NCBI GenBank assembly: GCA_030831315.1
Contig: JAURLI010000072.1
Span: 20-64,019, forward strand
DNA length: 64,000 bases
Direction: 5' to 3'
Origin: Alphaproteobacteria bacterium
Lineage (GTDB): Bacteria > Pseudomonadota > Alphaproteobacteria > SMXQ01
The stretch's first letter is position 1, and every line of letters begins with the position of its first letter. Both the position numbers and the translations under genes were made by a program. The notes under the pieces were generated by a model. The model did not search any database and was not told the DNA's origin. It saw only the letters and a list, made by a program, of their open reading frames with translations. Shown in pieces: positions 43,394 to 52,342 of the stretch.

Positions 43394-45013
43394 GTGGACG
43401 GCAAGCACGACGGGTCCGCGCAGTTGCAGGACCTGAGGGCGCATCTCGAGCGCCTGGAAAAGGAAGAACTTCTCACCCGCGTCACGCGGCCGATCAACAA
43501 GGATACGGAACTCATGCCGCTCGTGCGCTGGCAGTTCCGCGGCCTGCATGAGGATCAGCGGCGAGGCTTCCTGTTCGAAAACGTCACCGATGCGCGCGGA
43601 CGCAATTTCGAGGGATCCGTCGCGGTCGGCATATATGCCGCCTCGCGCAAGGTCTATTCCCTCGGCATGGGCTGCCCGGTCGACCAGATCCGCAAACGCT
43701 GGGCGGAAGCCCAGGCCCGGCCGCTCAAGCCGGTCGAGGTCGCCACCGGCCCGGTGCATGAGGAAGTGCACATGGGCAAGGACCTCCTCGCCCACAACGG
43801 CATCGAGGAATTCCCGATTCCCATTTCGACGCCCGGTTTTGACGTCGGCCCCTACACCACCGCGTCGAACTGGATCACGCGCGATCCCGATACGGGCTGG
43901 ATCAACGTCGGCAACTACCGCGGACAGGTCAAGGCGGCCGATCGATTCGGCATGTTCATCAGCCCGCGCAATCACGGCTTCAAGCACTGGGATTCGGCGC
44001 GTCAGAAGGGCAAGGCGCTGGAAGCGGCACTGGTCATTGGCGGCCCCGCCGCCGTCACCTATGCGTCTGGTTCACGCATTCCCTGGGGCGTCGAGGAATA
44101 CGCCGTCGCCGGCGGCCTGATCGGCGAGCCGCTCGAGGTCGTCAAGTGCAAGACCGTCGACCTGACCGTTCCGGCCCATGCCGAGTTGGTGATCGAGGGA
44201 CGCATCAGCCACGAATACCTGGAGCCGGAAGCGCCGTTCGGCGAATACACCGGCTACATGGGCGGGCGCCTCTATAACGCGGTGATGGAAGTCACCGCTA
44301 TCACCCACCGCAAGAATCCCGTCTTTGCCGCGATCATCAGCCAGATGCCGCCGAGCGAATCGAGCATGCTGAAGAAAATCGGCCAGGATGCGGCCTATCT
44401 CCATTACCTGCGCAACACCTGCAACCTGCCCGATGTCCTCGAAGTCAACTGCCACGAGATCGCCGTCGATTCCTGGGTCGTCGTGCGCATGCGCCGCTGC
44501 AACCAGGCCGCCGTATGGCAGGCGCTCTACGCCGTCGCCGGACGCAACGCGATGGTCGGCAAGTACATCATCGCGGTGGACGAGGACATCGATGCGAGCG
44601 ACCTCGACGCCGTCATCTGGGCGCTGAGCTACCGCACCCAGCCCCATGCCGACAGCCTGATCCTGCCCAACCGCTCCGTCGGGCTCGATCCGTCGGGCCT
44701 GCCGCCGGGCGAGGACATCAGCGATTCGACCGTGCAGCAGCATTTCGGCTCGGCCATCCTGATCAACGCGATGCGCAAATGGGATTACCCGCCGGTCTCA
44801 CTGCCGCGCAAGGAATACATGGAAAACGCGCGGCGCATCTGGGAGGAACTCCAGCTGCCCCGCCTGACCCCGCGCAACCCGTGGCACGGCTACGAGCTGG
44901 GCGACTGGTCGGAACGCGACCGCGAGGAGGCCGACTGGGCCGTGAAAGGCGAGTACATCAGGACCGGCGAACGCGCGCTGAAAGAGCGCAAGCCGGTCGA
45001 AGGCGAAGAATAA
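43394..45013 (+). CDS. UbiD-family decarboxylase, paralog E (long class, 539 aa)
   Basis: GTG start after AGGGAG. Motifs RVTRPINKDTELMPLV, WINVGNYRGQV and PEAPFGEYTGYMGG. C-terminal WDYPPVSLPRKEYMENARRIWEELQLP shared with paralog C. Confidence 0.9.
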   Translation: MDGKHDGSAQLQDLRAHLERLEKEELLTRVTRPINKDTELMPLVRWQFRGLHEDQRRGFLFENVTDARGRNFEGSVAVGIYAASRKVYSLGMGCPVDQIRKRWAEAQARPLKPVEVATGPVHEEVHMGKDLLAHNGIEEFPIPISTPGFDVGPYTTASNWITRDPDTGWINVGNYRGQVKAADRFGMFISPRNHGFKHWDSARQKGKALEAALVIGGPAAVTYASGSRIPWGVEEYAVAGGLIGEPLEVVKCKTVDLTVPAHAELVIEGRISHEYLEPEAPFGEYTGYMGGRLYNAVMEVTAITHRKNPVFAAIISQMPPSESSMLKKIGQDAAYLHYLRNTCNLPDVLEVNCHEIAVDSWVVVRMRRCNQAAVWQALYAVAGRNAMVGKYIIAVDEDIDASDLDAVIWALSYRTQPHADSLILPNRSVGLDPSGLPPGEDISDSTVQQHFGSAILINAMRKWDYPPVSLPRKEYMENARRIWEELQLPRLTPRNPWHGYELGDWSERDREEADWAVKGEYIRTGERALKERKPVEGEE

Positions 45014-45065
45014 GCGCCGCAAAAGGCGTGCCCCGCCGAAGGCGCGGGCAAAACAGGAGGGAAAC

Positions 45066-46175
45066 ATGACGGGATACAAGACAGGACAGGTGCGCCTTGG
45101 CTGTTACGCCGGGGCGTTGACCGCGGCGATCGCGCTTGCGGCCCCCGCGGGTGCGCAAGGCTTCGACGCGAAGGCCGAAGCCGCCTTCTTCAAGGGCAAA
45201 ACGGTCACCGTCGTCGTCGGCTTCGGCACCGGCGGTGGCTACGACACCTATGCCCGGCTGCTTGCCCGACACTACGGTCGCCATCTGCTGGGCGCACCCA
45301 ACGTCATTGTCCAGAACATGCCGGGCGCGTCCGGTATCAAGTCGGGCAATTACATTTACGAGGTCGCCCCGCGCGACGGGACGGCCATTTCGCTGTTCAA
45401 CAAGTCGATGCCGACCTACGAGGCGCTTGAACGGCCGGGCGTCCGTTTCAAGTCGAAAGAGCTCAACTGGATCGGGTCGATCGAAGCCGCCAATGCCACG
45501 ATGATCGTGATGGCATCTTCGGGCATCAAGACGATGGCCGATGCGGGCAAGCGCGAGGTCATCCTGGGCGCGGTCAGCGCATCCGGGTCGATGGGTTTCT
45601 ACCCGGCCATGACCAACCGCCTGCTCGGCACGAAATTCAAAATCATCTCGGGCTATCCCGGATCAAAGGCGATCACGCTGGCGATGGAACGCGGCGAGGT
45701 CGAAGGCGTCGGCAGCCCGCCGTGGACGTCCTGGCTCGCCACCACGCCCGAATGGGTGCGCGACAAGAAGATCAACGTGCTGGCGCAGCTCGGCCTCAAG
45801 AAGGATCCGACGATCCCGGGGCCGCTGCTGACCGAACTCGCGGCGGACGAGAAATCCCGCAAGATCATCGAGTTCGTCTCCGCCGACATCGCCATCGGGC
45901 GTCCTGTGGCCGCGCCGCCCAAGGTGCCCGCCGGGCGCGTTCAGGCCATGCGCCGGTCCTTCGATGCCGCGCTTAAGGACCAGAAGCTTCTCGCCGATGC
46001 GATGCGCCTCAAGCTCGATATCGGTCCCGACACGGGCGAAACCGTCGAAAAGCTGGTGCACGCCATGATCGACACGCCGAAAGACATCATCGCCGAGGCC
46101 AAGGACGCGATCGAGCCCAAGGGCCTCGTCAAACGAGAGATCAAGAGCAAGAAGAAAAAGAAGAAAGCCGAATAG
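45066..46175 (+). CDS. TctC/Bug-family binding protein with C-terminal poly-lysine tail (...KSKKKKKKAE)
   Basis: 369 aa, AGGAGGG upstream, signal peptide, motif FFKGKTVTVVVGFGTGGGYDTYARLLARHYGRHLLGAPNVIVQNMPGASG. The K-run is at 46149-46166. Confidence 0.85.
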   Translation: MTGYKTGQVRLGCYAGALTAAIALAAPAGAQGFDAKAEAAFFKGKTVTVVVGFGTGGGYDTYARLLARHYGRHLLGAPNVIVQNMPGASGIKSGNYIYEVAPRDGTAISLFNKSMPTYEALERPGVRFKSKELNWIGSIEAANATMIVMASSGIKTMADAGKREVILGAVSASGSMGFYPAMTNRLLGTKFKIISGYPGSKAITLAMERGEVEGVGSPPWTSWLATTPEWVRDKKINVLAQLGLKKDPTIPGPLLTELAADEKSRKIIEFVSADIAIGRPVAAPPKVPAGRVQAMRRSFDAALKDQKLLADAMRLKLDIGPDTGETVEKLVHAMIDTPKDIIAEAKDAIEPKGLVKREIKSKKKKKKAE

Positions 46176-46227
46176 GCAACTAAACCGCGCCGGCCAATGC
46201 CGGCACGCGACATTAAGGGAGGTAACA

Positions 46228-47214
46228 TTGGCGGACCATATCCATTTCCCCTATCGTTCTTCGAGCCACCTGCCATTCCTGCACGTGGTTTACGAATCGG
46301 GTTCGTGGAAGAAGCACGGGCTCGAGGTCGATTACAATTACAAGATCAGTTCCAAGGACGCGCACATGGAAGTGCCGTCGGAACATGTCGAATTCGTCGG
46401 CGGCAATCATGTCTCGACCTACGCCCAGCGCGCCCACGAAGACACTTGGGTATACCTGGGCCAGAGCGTGAATACGCTGAATACGCGTCTTGTCGTGAAG
46501 CTGGACTCCGAAATCTGCGGCGTGCCGGACCTGATGGGCAAGAAGATCGGTACCCGCGGCATGCACCCGGGGCTCAACGACTGGATCTACTGCAAGCAGC
46601 GGGGACTGGATGTGGACCGCGGCGACATTGAATTCGTCAGCCAGATCAGCGCCCCCATGGGCAGCATGGACCCCGGCTTCAAGGATGAGGACGTCGAGCG
46701 TCTGCCGCTCTGGCACTGGGTGCGCGACGGCAAGGTCGATGCCGCCTTCGTCACGGCGCCGGGCTGCCTTCACGCGCAGAAGGCGGGACTCAAGGTCATC
46801 GACATCGATCCGCTGCCGATGATCTGGTTCACGACGATCTCCTCGTCCTCCACCTTCATCAAGAAGCATCCCGATATCGTGGAGCGATTCCTCAAGGGGC
46901 TGATCGAGGGCATCCACTACTTCAAGACCCACGAGGCGGAAGCGACCGCCATGATCAAGAAGCACTATACGGATGAAGGCCAACTGACAGACGACGAGGC
47001 GACCTTCCTTTATCACGACGTCGCCCGAATTCTGGAACCGAAGCTCTATCCGTCGATGACGTCGATCTCGAACGTCTATCAGGAGGCGATCCGCCAGAAC
47101 AAGGATGCGCGCCAGGTCAATCCCATGGAACTTTGGGACATGCACCACATCCGCCAGATCGACGACAGCGGGTTCATTCGTGATCTCTACAAGAACATGC
47201 CCGTGACGAAATGA
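46228..47214 (+). CDS. NMT1/THI5-like (SsuA/TauA-fold) protein without signal peptide
   Basis: 328 aa, TTG start after AAGGGAGG. It begins directly MADHIHFPYRSSSHLPF with no hydrophobic leader. Paralog of the 1..980 gene. Confidence 0.8.
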   Translation: MADHIHFPYRSSSHLPFLHVVYESGSWKKHGLEVDYNYKISSKDAHMEVPSEHVEFVGGNHVSTYAQRAHEDTWVYLGQSVNTLNTRLVVKLDSEICGVPDLMGKKIGTRGMHPGLNDWIYCKQRGLDVDRGDIEFVSQISAPMGSMDPGFKDEDVERLPLWHWVRDGKVDAAFVTAPGCLHAQKAGLKVIDIDPLPMIWFTTISSSSTFIKKHPDIVERFLKGLIEGIHYFKTHEAEATAMIKKHYTDEGQLTDDEATFLYHDVARILEPKLYPSMTSISNVYQEAIRQNKDARQVNPMELWDMHHIRQIDDSGFIRDLYKNMPVTK

Positions 47215-47247
47215 TTGAGGCGGGGCGACCCGCCAAAGGAGGCCACA

Positions 47248-48561
47248 ATGCACAAAATGCTTTCCCGTAGCTTTGCGCGTACCGCCTTCATTGCCGGCAT
47301 CACTGCCGGCATGGCTTGCACGATTTCTGCTCCGGCCAGCGCCGAGGTCGATTTCAAGGGCAAGCAGATCGTCATGATCATCGGCAATGCCGCCGGCGGC
47401 GGCACCGATGCCGTCGGCCGTCTTGTCGGCGAATACCTGACGCGATACCTGCCGGGCAAACCAACACTCATTGTCCGAAACATGCCCGGCGCCGGCGGCA
47501 TCACCGCCCTCAACTTCTTCGCCACCCAGGTGAAGAACGACGGCACCTACCTTACCACCGGGGCTTCGACCCAGACCGATCCCGTCCATTGGCGGGCCAA
47601 GGCATCGAAATACGACCCCCGGGACTTCCGCATGATCGGCGGCATCGTGCGCGGCTCGACCGTGCTGATGCTGAACAAGAAGGCGGTCGAACGCCTCACG
47701 GACAAGTCAAAACCGCCGGTCGTGGTCGGCGCCATCGACGGCACCCGCTCGGGCATCATCATGTCCATGTGGGGCGGCAAGTACCTGGGCTGGAACATCA
47801 AGTGGGTAACCGGCTACGGCGGCACTTCGGAACTGATTCTCGCGCTGCAGCGTGGCGAGATCGACCTGACGTCCACCGCTAACAGCTTCCTCATCCGCGA
47901 GATGCTGCAAAAAGGCAGCCACGTCGCGCTCGCCCAGTCGGGCACGCTGGTTGACGGCAAGCTGATCGCGCGTGCGGAGCACAAGACCGTTCCGATCTTC
48001 CCCGAACAGATCCGCCCGCACCTCAAGTCCGAGGTCGAGCAGCAGGCCTTCGGCTACTGGGAAGGCATCAACGCCACGGACAAGTGGCTCGCCCTGCCCA
48101 AGGGCACGCCCGATGACGTGGTCAAAGCCTACGAAACCGCATTCCTGAAAGCGGTCAAGGACCCGACCTTCATCCAGCGGGGCAAGGCCTCGATCAGCGA
48201 GGACATCAGCGCCCTCAACGCGGCCGATCAGGACAAGCTGGTCCGCCAGCTTGCGGCGACCACGGACGAGGCGCTGACCTTCATCGAAAACGTGAAGAAA
48301 GAACAGGGCCTCCGTTCACATGCCAAGAAGAAGGTGGCGATCAGAACCGTCAGCACGAAGATCGACGCCGTCGAGAACAAGAGCCGGGTGCTGGTGTTCA
48401 AGGCAGCTGGCAAGACCGACAAGGTCGAACTTTCGGGCGGCGCCACCGAGATCAAGATCGCCGGCAAGAAAGCCTCGCGCCGCGACCTGAAAGCGGGCAT
48501 GGCCTGCGATATCAGTTATGGCGCCTCGGGGAGCATGGCGAAGGCCGTTACCTGCAAGTAA
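47248..48561 (+). CDS. TctC/Bug-family binding protein with an extra ~85-aa C-terminal Cys-pair domain
   Basis: ORF track 47215..48561 trimmed to the ATG at 47248 (AAAGGAGG upstream). Signal peptide MHKMLSRSFARTAFIAGITAGMACTISAPASAEV. The C-terminal extension ends ...LKAGMACDISYGASGSMAKAVTCK. Confidence 0.85.
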   Translation: MHKMLSRSFARTAFIAGITAGMACTISAPASAEVDFKGKQIVMIIGNAAGGGTDAVGRLVGEYLTRYLPGKPTLIVRNMPGAGGITALNFFATQVKNDGTYLTTGASTQTDPVHWRAKASKYDPRDFRMIGGIVRGSTVLMLNKKAVERLTDKSKPPVVVGAIDGTRSGIIMSMWGGKYLGWNIKWVTGYGGTSELILALQRGEIDLTSTANSFLIREMLQKGSHVALAQSGTLVDGKLIARAEHKTVPIFPEQIRPHLKSEVEQQAFGYWEGINATDKWLALPKGTPDDVVKAYETAFLKAVKDPTFIQRGKASISEDISALNAADQDKLVRQLAATTDEALTFIENVKKEQGLRSHAKKKVAIRTVSTKIDAVENKSRVLVFKAAGKTDKVELSGGATEIKIAGKKASRRDLKAGMACDISYGASGSMAKAVTCK

Positions 48562-48631
48562 TGCATCCGGTGGCCGCGCGCAGGGCGTGGCCACCGTCGT
48601 TTTCTCAATCAGCAAAGTCCGGAACACGGAA

Positions 48632-50110
48632 ATGAGCGCAAAAAAGGATGACATTGATCCCGCCCTCAGGAAGGCCGCGATGGCCGACCTGCGCGATTAC
48701 CTGCGCATCGTCACCGAACGTGGCGAACTGGAAGAAGTCCACGGCGCGGACCCCATGCTGGAGATGGGCGCGCTCTATGAGCTGTCGCTGGAAAAGCTCT
48801 ATCCGCCCGTCCTGCATTTCCGCAACCTCAAGGGAATCGATCCGAACTTCTCGGTCCTGACCAACGTACGGTTCGCACGCACGATGGTCGGCAATCTTGA
48901 TCTGGAGGCTGTGCGAAACCTCAAGAACACGAACCGCTGGGCCTCGGACCCCATTCCGCCCGAGGAAGTGAACACCGGCCCGATCATGGATCACGTCGAT
49001 GAAGGGGATGCCGTCAATCTTCTCAAGTTTCCGGCAGCACAGTGGAAAGAAGGCGACGGCGGCCGCTACATCGGCACCGAATGTCTCGTCATAAACCGCG
49101 ATCCCGATACCGGCTACGTCAACCTCGGCACCTACAGAAACATGGTCGTTGACGGCAAGACCCTCGCCGTCTTCATCGAACCTGGCAAGCATGGCGATCT
49201 CATCCGCAAGAAATACTGGGCTCGGGGTGAACCGTGCCCGATGGTGATCTGCGTCGGTCAGGCACCCATTCTCGGCATGGTCGCGGGTACCGCGTCGCGT
49301 TTCGGCGTCAGCGAATACGACATGGCGGGTGCGCGCATCGGCCGAGCGATCAAAGTGGTGCGCGGCAAGCTCACTGACCTGCCCATCCCCGCAGATGCGG
49401 AAGTGGCCTTTGAGGGCTTCATGCCCCCGGTCGAGGTCGAAAGCACCACCGAAGGCCCGTTCGGCGAGTGGCCGGGCTATTACGCTTCTGACGTGCGGCG
49501 CGAAACGGTACTCAAGGTCGGGGCGACCTATCACAGGGACAAACCGATCCTGATCGGCCAACCGCCTGCCAAGCCTACCCTGCCCGGCCGACAGCCCTCT
49601 CTTACAGCAATGGCGGCGCTGTGGAATGCTCTGGAAGCGGCCGGCGTACCCGGAGTCAAGGGCGTGTGGAAGATGGCCGGTGGGGGCGTCAGCTTCATCA
49701 ACGTTGTCGCCATCGAGCAGATGCATGCAGGCCACGCCAAGATGGCCGGCATGGTGGCGGCCGGTTGTGCGCCCGGCGCCTACATGACGCGAATCGTCAT
49801 TATTGTCGATGACGACATCGACGTCACCAACCCGGCCGAAGTGATGTGGGCGCTGGCGACGCGATGGGACCCCAAGACCCAGACCGACATCATCGACGGC
49901 TGCTGGACTGGCTATATCGACCCTTACCTGCCGCCGGACAAACGCGAAAAGGACGACCTGACGACACCGCGGGTCATCATCTACGCAGTACGGCCATGGC
50001 ACTGGAAGGACCAGTTCCCGAAGGTCAACGCCGTCAGCCGGGATTACGCGGACGAAGTTCGTAAAAAGTGGGCGTCAAAGCTTCCATTCCTGAATATGCC
50101 TGAAAGATAG
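48632..50110 (+). CDS. UbiD-family decarboxylase, paralog F (short class, 492 aa)
   Basis: ORF track 48518..50110 trimmed to MSAKKDDIDPALRKAAMADLRDYL.... Motifs YVNLGTYRNMV, TEGPFGEWPGYYAS and WDPKTQTDIIDGCWTGYIDP. Confidence 0.9.
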   Translation: MSAKKDDIDPALRKAAMADLRDYLRIVTERGELEEVHGADPMLEMGALYELSLEKLYPPVLHFRNLKGIDPNFSVLTNVRFARTMVGNLDLEAVRNLKNTNRWASDPIPPEEVNTGPIMDHVDEGDAVNLLKFPAAQWKEGDGGRYIGTECLVINRDPDTGYVNLGTYRNMVVDGKTLAVFIEPGKHGDLIRKKYWARGEPCPMVICVGQAPILGMVAGTASRFGVSEYDMAGARIGRAIKVVRGKLTDLPIPADAEVAFEGFMPPVEVESTTEGPFGEWPGYYASDVRRETVLKVGATYHRDKPILIGQPPAKPTLPGRQPSLTAMAALWNALEAAGVPGVKGVWKMAGGGVSFINVVAIEQMHAGHAKMAGMVAAGCAPGAYMTRIVIIVDDDIDVTNPAEVMWALATRWDPKTQTDIIDGCWTGYIDPYLPPDKREKDDLTTPRVIIYAVRPWHWKDQFPKVNAVSRDYADEVRKKWASKLPFLNMPER

Positions 50111-50133
50111 AAAACGCTGCAGGAGACAGAACC

Positions 50134-51186
50134 ATGCGCCGGATGAAATTAAGCTCGATTGCCATTATCGCCGCTTTCTGCACGGCCCCAGCAATGGCCG
50201 CCGATTTTTACGCCGGAAAGCAAATCAAGATCGCCATCGGCCTTGGTGCAGGATCGACCTACGACGCCTATGCCCGAACGCTCGTGCGCCACATGGGCCG
50301 CCATATTCCCGGCAGGCCCGAATTCCTTAACGTCAACATGCCCGGTGCCGGCAGCCTGAAGGCCTATAACTACATCTACACGGTTGCCAAGAAGGACGGC
50401 ACCGAATTCGGCACCGGTCACCGCTTCGTCCCCATCATGCCGCTGTTCGGCATCAAGGGGACCCAGTTCGACGGCACCAAATTCGGCTACATCGGCTCGG
50501 CCAACCGGGAAGTCGGCGTCACCATTGCCTGGCACACGTCGCCGGTAAAGACCTTCGATGATCTGAAGAAGCACGAACTGATCATCGGCACGACCGGTGC
50601 GGGCGCCCAGCTCACCAACTTTACCAGCGTGCTCAAGACCGCGCTCGGCGCCAAGCTGAAAGTCGTCTACGGCTACAAGACCACGCGCGAGATCGACCTT
50701 GCCGTCGAGCGTGGCGAAATTCAGGGTCGCGCTGGCGTGTCCTACAATTCGATCAAGAACGCGACGCCGGAATGGCTGAGCCAGAAGAAGATCAGCATCC
50801 TGAACCAGATGGGGCTCAGCAAGCATCCCGAATTGCCGAACGTGCCGAATATCCTCGATCTCGTGACCGCCAAGCTTGACCGCGAGGCGATCGAGCTTCT
50901 GCTGGCACCCTCCGAAATGGGCCGCCCCTTCGTGACGCCCCCGGGCATTCCGGCCGACCGTCTTGCCGCGCTTCGGAGCGCCTTCGACCAGACGATGAAG
51001 GACAAGGCTTTCCTTGCGGACGCTGAAAAGCAGAAAATGGAAATCAACCCGATGACGGGGGCAGAGGTGGAGACCTTGATCAAGCGCATATATGCCACCG
51101 CATCGCCCGAAGTCGTCGCCCGCGCCAAGGCGCTCACGGCCGACGGCATCAACACCTCGAAGAAGAAAAACAAGAAAAGCCAGTAA
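50134..51186 (+). CDS. TctC/Bug-family binding protein with C-terminal lysine-rich tail (...SKKKNKKSQ)
   Basis: 350 aa, AGGAGA upstream. Signal peptide MRRMKLSSIAIIAAFCTAPAMA, motif FYAGKQIKIAIGLGAGSTYDAYARTLVRHMGRHIPGRP. The tail is at 51160-51183. Confidence 0.85.
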   Translation: MRRMKLSSIAIIAAFCTAPAMAADFYAGKQIKIAIGLGAGSTYDAYARTLVRHMGRHIPGRPEFLNVNMPGAGSLKAYNYIYTVAKKDGTEFGTGHRFVPIMPLFGIKGTQFDGTKFGYIGSANREVGVTIAWHTSPVKTFDDLKKHELIIGTTGAGAQLTNFTSVLKTALGAKLKVVYGYKTTREIDLAVERGEIQGRAGVSYNSIKNATPEWLSQKKISILNQMGLSKHPELPNVPNILDLVTAKLDREAIELLLAPSEMGRPFVTPPGIPADRLAALRSAFDQTMKDKAFLADAEKQKMEINPMTGAEVETLIKRIYATASPEVVARAKALTADGINTSKKKNKKSQ

Positions 51187-51207
51187 GCAAAGGAACCGGG
51201 ATCAGGC

Positions 51208-52320
51208 ATGAGCGACGACGCACTCAAGTCCCTCGACGAAAAGCTGAAACAGGCCGGAATGTACGGCCAGTGGACGGCCGACCTCTACCTTCAGCAGGTG
51301 ATGGACGGCCCGAAGCCCGCCGGTATTCCGAAGGTCTGGCGCTGGGACGAGGTTTCGGCGCTGCTCGACGAAGCCTGCACGGCCATGTCCGAAAGCCTGA
51401 CCGCCCGGCGCAGCCTGATGTTCGTCAATCCCGGCCTGCAGCGCGGCAGCACCCATACCCTCGCCATGGGCGTGCAGATGATCCTGCCCGGCGAAACCGC
51501 GTGGTCGCACCGCCATTCGATCTCCGCCCTGCGCTTCACCATCATGGGCAGCAAACGGCTTTATTCGGTGGTGGACGGCGAGTCCTGTCTGATGGAGCCG
51601 AACGACCTCGTGCTGACGCCGGGATGGACATGGCATGACCATCACAACGAATCGGACGAGCGCTGCGCCTGGCTCGACGTTCTCGACGTGCCGCTGATGA
51701 TCGCCCTCAACCAGGCGTTCTACGAACCCTATGGCGAGGAGCGCCAGCCGCTGCGCAACGACGGCGAGGCGCAGGCGACCCGTTACGGCACTTTCCCGCC
51801 CGCCTGGGAAGCCGCACCCGAACGCCGCGTGCCCGTCCGCTACGCCTGGGCCGACATGGAAGTACGCCTGCGCGCCGTGGCGGCAACGGGAGACGGCAGC
51901 CCCTTCGACGGCGTCGCGCTGGAATATGCAAACCCGATCACCGGCGGGCCGACGCTGCCGACGCTGACGTGCTGGGCGAACTGGATCAAGCCCGGACAGA
52001 AGCTGCAAAGCCACCGTCGCACGTCCTCGGCCATCTATCACGTCATCCGGGGCGAAGGACGGGCCCGGATCGGCGATACCGACCTGAGCTTCGGCCCGCG
52101 CGACAGCTTCTGCGTGCCCAACTGGAGCTGGCACCACATCGAAAACGCAAGCGCGCGCGACGAGCTCGTGCTGTTTTCGGTGCATGACATCCCGGTGCTG
52201 CGCGCGCTTGGCCTCTACCGAGAAGACCCCATCGGACAAGTGGGCGCCGCCGCGCCCGCACGCGTACCGGGCGATCTCGCCCGCCCCGGCGGTCCCTCCA
52301 AATGGGACCAGCCGGAATAG
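51208..52320 (+). CDS. Gentisate 1,2-dioxygenase-family bicupin
   Basis: 370 aa. ILPGETAWSHRHSISALRFTIMGS...TPGWTWHDHHN. Colinear with 23484..24545. Confidence 0.85.
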   Translation: MSDDALKSLDEKLKQAGMYGQWTADLYLQQVMDGPKPAGIPKVWRWDEVSALLDEACTAMSESLTARRSLMFVNPGLQRGSTHTLAMGVQMILPGETAWSHRHSISALRFTIMGSKRLYSVVDGESCLMEPNDLVLTPGWTWHDHHNESDERCAWLDVLDVPLMIALNQAFYEPYGEERQPLRNDGEAQATRYGTFPPAWEAAPERRVPVRYAWADMEVRLRAVAATGDGSPFDGVALEYANPITGGPTLPTLTCWANWIKPGQKLQSHRRTSSAIYHVIRGEGRARIGDTDLSFGPRDSFCVPNWSWHHIENASARDELVLFSVHDIPVLRALGLYREDPIGQVGAAAPARVPGDLARPGGPSKWDQPE

Positions 52321-52342
52321 ATATTTCAGAAAGGACGAGACG

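Noticed and set aside
46176-46227. GCCGGC-CAAT-GCCGGC hairpin after the TctC-like gene at 45066..46175, considered as a terminator.
   Set aside because: The stem has only 6 perfect base pairs and no U-run follows. It is too weak to call.
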